Source: Spirogloea muscicola
Lineage: Eukaryota
Assembly (NCBI GenBank): GCA_009602725.1
Contig: WELB01000027.1
Location: forward strand, 620,738 to 679,255
DNA: 58,518 nt
Direction of reading: 5' to 3'
Made by a program: the position numbers and the translations under genes. Below the pieces are notes generated by a model. The model saw nothing but the letters and a program-made list of their open reading frames with translations. It ran no database searches and was not told where the DNA came from. Positions 32,106 to 44,748 of this stretch are shown in pieces (position 1 is the stretch's first letter; each line of letters begins with the position of its first letter).

Positions 32106-32919
32106 GACTAGCTTCCACTGACGTGGCCAGGTCGACGGCCTTCACACCAGGATCAAGAGCACCTTCAAGAGCACCTCCATCGATGCTACTTATTGAGTGG
32201 TGAGCATATGCTGTTGACTCCTGAAAACGTGCTTGATGCATCATGCCTGTGGTGCAGGCCCTTAACATGCGCACAGCTTGTCGGAGCATCAGAAAGCTCC
32301 TGACACGCCCTACTCACACCATGCTTTTGGCCACTTGACAAAATCAGTACCACCGGTCTGCAAGTGGTTGTTGTGAAGCAAAGGAGTGTTGAGTGCCAGT
32401 GTATAGAGTACCAGCTTATGTTGTGGCTGGTGTATCAAGAAGGCGACTTCCATGCTTATGGTCTACATGTTAGATGCAGATCAATGCGGAGCTTCCTTTT
32501 GCTGTATATTGGAGTGCATTATGTTTACTGTCAAGACAAGACAAAATTGGAAAATGTCTGTCATCCCTGGGCTGGAAGAAAGCTACTGGATGGATGGAAA
32601 AGTTACACAGTCGCAAGAAGCAAATGTGTGTCTTGCTGCTCTTCATTGACTGTGGTGGAGTGCAATGTGATACAACTGTACACAAGTGCTGACAGCCCCT
32701 CCTTCAGTTGGGGCATTATCTGCAGTCCTGCAGCGACAAGTGAGAGACCAGCCATAGAGAAGAACCTTGAAGCCCTCCGTGTTGACATTCATTGTTACCA
32801 TCCTCCTGCATTGCGGGACTACAACATTGCTTGCTATTTGAGACTAGGCCTGCAGACTAGCTTGCTGACTATCCAGCAAGGACGTTCTGCGGCAGCTTCA
32901 CTGAGATCCACCCTGCGGA

Positions 32920-36491
<3,572 letters not shown>

Positions 36492-36899
36492 GGCCGGGCC
36501 CCGGAGCCTGCTGATCAGGAATGGGGTGACGCCGGAGAACGACAGGGCGTGGTGGAGATCAAGCACCAACTAACATTCTATCCGGCATATGCAGTATTCT
36601 TACGCCTCGTCCTTCTTGCGTGGAACTGGATGTTCTCTGAATCAACTGTGTGCTGTATTTACGGTTCCGATCGAGCGAAACGCCGCGGCCCATTTCGTGT
36701 TGGTACCGTTCCTCGTCACGGGGCCTTCGTTGCCTTCTTCTTTCTGCACTTAAGTGTCCGGGGCTGAGCTGGAAGGTGCTGTGTTCGCGACTTCTATTTC
36801 CCGTTTACTACACAGATGACGTGCCTTACATGTCCACGTGTGCAGCCACCTCACATGCCTTATCAGATCGACATCAATAAGCCATTGACGGGATTAATC

Positions 36900-37385
36900 A
36901 TGACTGACCTCAGCTGATGATGCTGCTGGAATTCTTAGTACGCCACATCGTGCAGCAAACCTCGTCAACAAAAGAAGCAGCTCTTCCCAAGAGAAGGCGC
37001 GCGGTTTGCATGACAAGGAAGGGGGTTCAATCAAGCCAGTGCATGACAAAAGCTAGCGCAAAAGTGGGACTACACATTGCGAAGCACAGTGCTGAGTGGG
37101 GCCGAGACCATGCAATAGCCTGCTTAAGGCGACCTCATGTGCCCACGAGTGAGTACATGCGAGTCTGACAGGCAACATTGGGGAGCCGGAGCACCGCCAC
37201 GGAAGCCAGTGTCCTGGCCTACGGCAAATAAAGCAGCTAGTCCGAGGCTAGGCGACGGCGGTAAGAGGCCAACCCAAGTAGTGGCAGCTCTTTCAAATTG
37301 GTGAAGGCATGTGGGAAGAAACAACTCTTTCGATGTAAGGCAATGGCTGTGAGAGGCCAGCCCAAAATAACAAGGAAAGCCAGCC
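36900..37385 (-). mobile_element. Truncated RLE/CRE-like non-LTR retrotransposon 3' end, unit A
   Basis: ORF tail ...VGQDTGFRGGAPAPQCCLSDSHVLTRGH aligns ungapped with ALAAASGFCQGDSLPAASLSDLRLLTRNY* at 50219. The DNA is homologous to 38700-39215 and to the reverse complement of 39440-39950. Confidence 0.7.
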
Positions 37386-37593
37386 CACTGTGGCGGGAGG
37401 TGGAGCCGTGTGCCCAGCAGGGCCATAGATATTCGGGGGATGACGTTAATTGACTTCCTCGGGGCTGGCCTCGAGGATCCATCAATATATCAGTGCTATG
37501 GCCTGCTGGGCACACGGCTCCACCTAACGCCAGCTGCCCGTAGTCGGGCGCTTTGGCACATTGTAGCAGGTCGGGCTCAGCGGCGGCGGCAGC

Positions 37594-37665
37594 TTAGGCA
37601 ATGGCGACCGTGGCGCCAGCGCCCTCGAGCTGCTTCTTGAAGTCGTCAGCCTCGTCCTTCGTGAC
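37594..37665 (-). CDS. RPL12: Plastid 50S ribosomal protein L12, second copy; most of the CDS is lost at the single N at 37666
   Basis: [23 protein letters not shown]. The 5' and 3' flanks are inverted homologues of those of the 41613-41911 copy. Confidence 0.85.
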   Translation of the reverse strand, partial: VTKDEADDFKKQLEGAGATVAIA

Positions 37666-38559
37666 NCCGCCGCCGCCGCCGCCGCCGCCGCCGCCCGGGC
37701 GCTCGCGGCGAGGGCTTGGCGCGGCGGATGGTTAGGTCGGTGGGAGGCGGGCGAGGGTTTTGGGGGCGGGAGGAGGGACGTAGGGAGAGTGCGGGGGAGG
37801 ATGAGGCGCCCGCGTGTGGACGTGGGCTGCCGAGACCCGGGGGGTGGACGCTGAGGGGAGGCGCTGGTCCGCCGTACGATCTGGTAGCGGGGAGAGGGGG
37901 TGGGGGAGGAGGGAGGAGGGTTTTTGCCCGCCGATCAAGGGACGCATAGCGGGAGCCCGTGAGTTCCCGAAGTGAGATGGCTCGCCCATAGGAAAAGAGG
38001 GGCTAGCAAAGCCAGCCCAGAATCGAATGGACAATGTCCGCAGGCCTCAAAGGCCACAAAACAGTACCCGGAAAGTCAAAACTACACACCAAGACACGAA
38101 ATGATGCAGAGGGATGCTTATTATCTCAAAGGGATTTGCAGTGTTGTATACGATAATATGGTGAATCAGCGGGAGCCGGGATGGGCGACCATCCCGTCCG
38201 TCCCATTGGGCCGTGAGAGTCTCCCCCTGCATAACGGAGCTCGGGCACACTCCGTATCTGAGGCCACGCGGTGATTTTCGTGCGCCCCAGTTGCGCCCCA
38301 GTTGCGCAGTTGCGCGTGATCACGCACAAGTTGCATAATTTACATAAAAATGTGTTCCGGAAGCAAGTCACACGCACAGCGCCGGGGCAGCCCCACCGCC
38401 GGGCCGTGACACCCCGTGGCGCACGTGCCTTTTCGACTTGTCACTCGAAATGTCGTCTATGCTAGCGCATCGATTACGGTTACTCAAAGCAAGGAGACGA
38501 TTAGGCTAATTATCTTAGCTAAGTGACGTGTGCGTCAAACAGAGCACACGCTACGAGTA

Positions 38560-40090
38560 TGGACAGCAGGGGGCCATTTAAGAGCTCTTTTCTTCCGGGC
38601 TGACTTTTCACAGCCCTCGCCCCATGAAGAGCCGTTCTTCCCCTTAAGGTGAGGCGCTGGCTGAACGAGAGGAAAAATGGAAACAGCTCTTAAGGTAAGA
38701 CAGTGGCTGTGAGAGGCCAACCCAACGGATTGAAGTCATCACTGACCCAGCTGATGCTGCTGCTGAAATTCCTAGTGTGCGGAAACCTCGTCAACAAAAG
38801 AAGCAGCTCTTCTAAAGAGAAGGCGCGCGGTCCGCATGACGAGAAAGGGGGTCAATGAAGCCAGTGCATGACACCAGCTAGTGTAACATCGGGGTACACA
38901 TTGCGAAGCACTATGCTAAGTGGGGCTGAGGTCATGCGATAGCCGGCTTAAGGAGGCCTTATGTACCCACGAGTGAGCGTATACGAGTCTGACAGGCACC
39001 ATCCGGGAGCCGAAATCGGAGCACCGCTATGGAAGCCAGTGGCATGGCCTAGGCAAAACAAGCGGCTAATCCGACGGCAGTAAGAAGCCAACCCAAGTAG
39101 TGGCAGCTCTTTCAAAGTGGTGAAAGCAGCTCTTTCAAAGTGGTGAAGACATGTGGGAAGAAGCAGCACTTCTGATGTAAGGCAGTGGCTGTGAGAGGCC
39201 ATCCCAAAAGAACAAGGAAAGCCAGCCCACTGTGGGGGGTGGTGGAGCCGTGCGCCCAGCAGGTTATAGATGTTCGGGTGATGGACGTTGTTTGACTTCT
39301 CGGGGCAAGATTACACAGGTATTGGGATGGATCCTTGAGCGGCCCGCCCCGAGGAAGTCAACGAACGTCCATCTCCCGAACACCTATGGCCTGCTGGGCA
39401 CGCGGCTCCATCTCCCGCCACAGTCGGCTGGCTTTCCTTGTCCCTTTGGGCTGGCCTCTCACAGCCATTGCCTTCCGTCGAAAGAGCTGTGTCTTCCCAC
39501 ATGTCTTCGCCACTTTGAAAGAGCTGCCACTACTGGGGTTGGCCTCTTACTGCCGTTGCCTAATTTCGGACTAGCTGCTTGTTTTGCCTAGGCCAGGCCA
39601 CTGGCTTTCACAGCGGTGCTCCGGCTCCCCAATGTTGCCTGTCAGCCTCGTATGTGCTCACTTGTGGGTACATAAGGCCGCCTTAAGCCGGCTTGCGCAC
39701 TATGACCTCAGCCTCACTTGCATAGTGCTTTGCAATGTGTAGCCCCACTTTTCCACCAGCTTTGGTCATGCACTGGCTTGATTGACCTGCCTATCATGTC
39801 ATGCGCACCGCGCACCTTTCCTACTTGGAAGCTGCTTCTTTTTGTGGACGAGGTTTGTCGCACGATCTGAAGCTCCAAAAAGTCAAGCAGCATCACCGGG
39901 GGTCAGAGATGGCTTCATTCCTTTTGGGCTGGCCTCTCACAGCCATTCCTTGCACTAAGAGCTGTTTCTCTTTATCCTTTTCTGCAGCCAGCGCCTCATC
40001 TGAACAGGAAGAACGGCTCTTTGGGGGGCGAGGGCTGTGAATAGTCAGACCGGAAGAAGTAGAGCAATAGGTTGATGACCCCCTGCTGCT
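38560..40090. repeat. ~1.5-kb imperfect palindrome (arms ~38560-39306 and ~39328-40090) built from retroelement 3' ends (units B and C)
   Basis: For example, 38582 gctcttttcttccgggctgacttttcacagccctcgccc matches the reverse complement of ~40026-40065. ggcagtggctgtgagaggccatcccaaa (39181) matches tttgggctggcctctcacagccattgcc (39445). The ORF tail in unit C reads CLGQATGFHSGAPAPQCCLSASYVLTCGY. Confidence 0.9.
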
Positions 40091-40340
40091 GCAAACTTGT
40101 TCGAGAAGAATGCGGCTGCTAATATGAAAAGAGCGGCTGTAAATGCCAGCCAGTTGCATACAGGTGTTTATGACGGAGCCACAGGCTAGGCAGACTGGGT
40201 GCTCTTAGTACCCCGTGTCAGCAGTAGGAAGTCAGATGAGCTGAGGGGAGGAAGAGCAACCCCGTTGCGCAACTCAGAGGCTGCTGCAAGGGCGCAACCG
40301 GCTCGGCGATGCAAAGCAAGCTTGGGACCGCTGTAGAAGT
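40025..40340 (-). mobile_element. Truncated RLE/CRE-like retrotransposon 3' end
   Basis: LQRSQA/(frameshift)LHRRAGCALAAASELRNGVALPPLSSSDFLLLTRG, then a 3' UTR ending in the motif variant ggtctgactattcacagccc. Confidence 0.75.
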
Positions 40341-40580
40341 CATGGCCCGGGCGTTGCACCTTCGTGCCGGCAGAGCCCTCGCTGCTGCCTCTGGCTCTGG
40401 CCAGGGGACCCACTTCCACGAGCCTAGCATCTCCGACCTGCGGCTGCTTAGCAGAGGTTGCTGAGTAATTCGTTGCTGCTTAGTTTCTCTGTGTGCTTGT
40501 TTTTCTTAGCGCTTCCCCTGGCCTTCTTCTCGTACTCTGTTCATTCTTTTTTGGGCTGGCTTTTCCAGCCCCTATTCTCT
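40340..40580 (+). mobile_element. Truncated RLE/CRE-like retrotransposon 3' end
   Basis: MARALHLRAGRALAAASGSGQGTHFHEPSISDLRLLSRGC* (stop 40462-40464), then a 3' UTR with tttgggctggcttttccagccc. Confidence 0.8.
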
Positions 40581-40751
40581 TCGCTGTAAGGTCCCCGACG
40601 CAGGCCAGGACACGAGACTCAAAAGAAGAAGTCGCGCGGAGCGCATGAAATGAAAGGGAGGCCAATTCAAAGGGGCACCGAGCCTCCAGGAAGTGCTGCA
40701 CCCTATCCGCGGCGCCGCTGGTCAGCTTGAAAGGCCAGCAGCGAAAATAGA

Positions 40752-41105
40752 GAAGAAAGTGCTCGCCCATTGAGAATAGGGGCTGTAACAACCAGCCCGA
40801 AAAGGAATGAACAGAGTACGAGAAAGGGGCCAGGGGAAGCGCTAAGAAACAGAAACAAAGCAGCTACGAGACACTCAGTAACCCCTGCTAAGCAGCCGCA
40901 GATCAGAGATGCAAAATAACGAGGACCATCGACCCCCGTAAAACCCGTGGATGTCAACGGCCAGGGGGTAAAAGGGTGGTCACCAGCGGGTGGTTCTTGC
41001 ACTTGCGGAACTTCTTCTGTTCGGCCACCTTCACAGCATCGCCGGTCGCAGAAATTATGGGGCCCTTCCCAAGCTGTCGGTGATCCATAAGGAGCCGATT
41101 GCCAC
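40752..41105 (-). mobile_element. RLE endonuclease-domain relic with internal deletion plus 3' UTR
   Basis: RLLMD...TGDAVKVAEQKKFRKCKNHP/(fs)..F.PLAVDIHGFYGGRW then ISDLRLLSRGY* (stop 40875-40877). This matches the RLE pattern D...AExxKxxKY...FxPLAVE/DxxG. The 3' UTR is an inverted homologue of 40430-40580. Confidence 0.8.
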
Positions 41106-41107
41106 CT

Positions 41108-41274
41108 CCCTGGCCCCCTTCTCGTACTCTGTTCATTTTTGGGCTGGCTTTTCGAGCCCCTATCCTCAATGGGCGAGCACTTTCTTTGGAGAAAGTGCTC
41201 GCCCATTGAGGATAGGTGACTGGAAAAGCGCCAGTCCCAAAAAATTCAACAAAAGGACGAGAAGGGGGCCAGGG
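41108..41274. repeat. Foldback: perfect 27-bp stem with a 4-nt loop inside a ~165-nt imperfect palindrome
   Basis: cctatcctcaatgggcgagcactttct (41159-41185) ttgg agaaagtgctcgcccattgaggatagg (41190-41216). Both arms carry the GGGCTGGC motif. Confidence 0.95.
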
Positions 41275-41612
41275 GAAGCGCTTCCCAGGGGGACGCCAAC
41301 CGGATCGACACGCCTCGTCCGAGGAGATGGGGGGCTCCGGCGACGACGTCGCTTGATCGGCGGGCAAAACCCTCCTCCCTCCCCTACCCCTCTCCCCGCC
41401 ACCAGCTCGTACGGCCGACTGGCGCCTTCCCTCCGCAACGCCCCCCCGGTCGTCGGCAGCCCACGTCCACACGCGGGCGCCTTATCCCCCCCCTCCCCGC
41501 TCCCTCCCTCCTCCCGCCCCCAAAACCCTCGCCCGGCTCCCCGACCTAACCGCCGCCGCGCCCAAGCCCTCGCCGCGAGCGCCCGGGCGGCGACGTGGCG
41601 GCGACGGCGGCC

Positions 41613-41911
41613 ATGGCGGGCCTGGCGCAGCGCGNACCGCTGGCCCCGCCGCCGCCGCCGGCGGGGCCGCCGCGCCCGCCGAGGTTGTAGAGGAGAAAAC
41701 CGAGTTTGATGTATCGCTCACCGAGGTGCCGGCATCCAACCGGATTGCCGTCATCAAGGTGGTGCGCGCAATAACATCGCTCGGCCTCAAGGAGGCCAAG
41801 GACCTCATCGAGGGACTGCCCAAAAAGGTGAAGGAGGGCGTGACCAAGGATGAGGCCGAGGACTTCAAGAAGCAGTTGGAGGGTGCTGGCGCCAAGGTCG
41901 CCATTGCTTAA
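41613..41911 (+). CDS. RPL12: Plastid 50S ribosomal protein L12 (L7/L12); middle lost at the single N at 41635
   Basis: Ala-rich hinge followed by [73 protein letters not shown]. Confidence 0.95.
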
Positions 41912-44748
41912 GCTGCCGCCGCCGCTGAGCCCAACTTGCTCCTGCAATGTGCCAAAGCGCCCGAATGTGGGCAGCTGGCTTTGGCGGGACGTGGAGCCGT
42001 GTGCCTAGCAGGCCATAGATGTTCAAGGGACATTGGTTGGCTTCCTTGGGGCTGGCCGCTCAAGGATCCACCAACAGATCTGTTGATATGTCAATTAGGA
42101 TGTGACTGTATTTTGGAAAGTAGACTGGATAGCACATTGGGGAGACTGTTTGCTCAAGCGTTGAGCCTGCCTTCACACGCTGCTAATTGCAAGCATTGGC
42201 TAGACTTTCCTCTCTCATGTAGCTTTGCTTGCCTTGCATCGCGTTGGTCGTTGTCGTTGCCGCTTGTATATCTTGAATTGGTGGATGTTGGGTGATACTC
42301 GCAAAGGAGCACCAAATGGCAGGGCCTTCATAGCTGGAATGTGCAGGGAAAGCGCAGCTGGTATGGTCACCCTCTTCATTGTTGCTTAAACGTGGGCCGT
42401 CATTGGTGCCCTTTAACACGCAAGTATGTAATTATCAGCTGGAGTCACACTTTGTACCGTGGAGAATTGTTCCTTGATGGCCAAGTCTATTCCATACTGT
42501 CGCGGATCGATAGATGTGTTATGTGAAATCTCTGTGGCTCACTTTCCTCCTGCAGCATGTGCGCTTCAGTTGGCCAAGGGTCAAGCGTTGTCCTTTCAAG
42601 TCCCTCAATCGCGTCTAGCTCTTTATCCAAGCTGAGATCTCGCTGGCCCTTTGGTCATCAGATTCAGTTTGTGAAACTTGTGAGATCACAGACGCCAGGA
42701 AGACATAAAGAGGTCATCTGCTCAATCAACCTTTACAGTTCTTGCTTCACGTGGTCTGTGCAGACTGCACATTCACGAACCATGTCACAAATGAACCTAC
42801 GCTAGTGTGTAGCTGCATGACTACTGGAGAATGAGATTCTCCAGGCTTCTTCTCATGAAAAGCACATGTTCATCTTCAGGAGTCCTTCCAGTCAATGTTC
42901 TCGTGACCATCTGCGATTCCAAGTTGGAGTAACAGTTGATCAACACCAGAAGTCTAGCTCGACCAATTCTGTAAGGAGTTTCTATCATTAGGCGTCAAAT
43001 TATAGAAACGATAGCCACTCCTGGAAACAAAGTCTTGTAATAAACAGACAGAGTTTCGTTCTGGGTCTCTATGATTTTAGGGTTTAGGGTTAGGTTTCAA
43101 CGACTCTTTGGAAACAGTATGAAATTGGCTCTCCCGAGTACAGAAGGCTGGCATGTTCAGTTGCCCCTTCAGCTATCGGGTGATGTACCCAGCGAGTCGC
43201 AGTCTTCCTCAAGTATATGCAGGCTTTGCCAGCTTTGCCACCTTGAGTACATACACCAGTAGATCGTCGACGGATCTAAAGAGCAAATCGTGTCCTGATA
43301 AGTCAGTAGCCAGCAGTAATCGCTCACCGGCAGGTCGATTTACTGGGATGCCACGAAACTTAGACGACAACAAGCAACTTAGCCTGCAAGGGCCATCACA
43401 TCTATTATGATGTATAGCAGCAGACCATCGTCAAGGCCACGTCCTTCCAATGAGTAGTAACAGCACAGCATTGCTTATGCTTCAATGTCAATTTTGTAGA
43501 TGATTATACTCGGCAGCTTCTCTTCGTGTGGAATTGGAACATTCTCAGTGCCAGTAGAGCTGCCTTTGTCCATTAAAGCCACCCCTGCTGAGGGAACTCG
43601 GCAAAATGTACTGTTACTCTGTCTACCAACGAAACATGATCGATATTTGAGCTCCTCGACCATCTTATAGAGGATTGCTCTTTGGATGAAATCCCATATA
43701 ACTCGTCAATCTGGAGGCAGCAGCACTACATGTGCGAGGCTTGCACACTTATCCAAGGTTAGATAACTTATGAAATTGATGCTCAGATCGATGATAACGT
43801 CATGAAAATTATCTGCTTGGGATGGCTTGAGGCTGAGTATATCTTGGCTGAATCTGAGTTAGGCTCTCTTTAAAAGTCAGCACGTGCTGAGCTGTTGCTA
43901 CAGTTGGCCTGTAAGTACTGGACTTGAATGGCTCAACAGAGATCGCTCCAGAGGTTGCTTCAAGTAGTACAGAAGTGTCTTGATTCAACTTCAAGTGTTA
44001 TATAGATGTCATTAGTTACAGGATAGTGCTGATGACTGCCAAACCTAATGGACGAGGCAAGGGGAAGGGTGCAGCTTTCAAAGCATGTGAGCTCAGTAAG
44101 GGCATAACAAGAATACTCTCGTATTCTAGACTTTCTCATGGCCTTAAAGTATTTACATACATTCAGTACCACCTTGCCTCCAAAGGAATCTGCCTAAGGT
44201 TGCAAACTATTTAATGACATGAGAATCTGTTGAGTTAACAGCTATACACAGAATCCAGAAATGCGCCTGTATCGTGGTTCCATGGATGCAAGCCAAAGTC
44301 CACCAGTAATACGCATGCCTAGCGTGGATATATGACTGGTCCGCTAACTGCTTGTCACCTTGCCCGAGCCAATCCTGTTATAGGCTTTGTCCGCATCTTG
44401 TGGTACACCCGGCGTCTCATCTGCAAGCGCCAGATCAATGGCCCATGCGTACTTCCACTGGAAATGGTCCACCAGCTGTAGCACAGGCCAAACGGCATGG
44501 TAATGACTTGCAAGAATTGCAACAAACATTTCCTCTCGAAAGAAAAGTACAAGCCCACCAACACAATCGTCACAGCAATAAGCCACATAAATGCAGTGAG
44601 TGATTGCACCTCCAAAACTTGAGAATATCAACTCCCTTCAACAACTTTCAAATCTATTGGTATTGCAGATGTTACGATACCATGACGATTTGCGCTGCAA
44701 TTGACATCGTGTATTGCCACCGAGGGCCATGAAGTTCCAGTACGTGAA

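Noticed and set aside
36912..36975. Hammerhead ribozyme core (CTGATGA)
   Set aside because: No properly placed GAAA with flanking stems, and the homologous copies read CTGATGC or GTGATGC.
40428..40912. MITE with ~150-bp terminal inverted repeats
   Set aside because: Both arms translate to the retroelement ORF tail (SDLRLLSRG) plus 3' UTR, so they are two facing LINE ends. No target-site duplication was seen.
36900..41280. CRISPR-like array of the GGGCTGGC..CAGCC hairpin repeat
   Set aside because: Spacing is irregular, orientations are mixed, intervening sequences are themselves repeated, there are no cas genes and the context is eukaryotic. Retroelement 3' ends explain it better.
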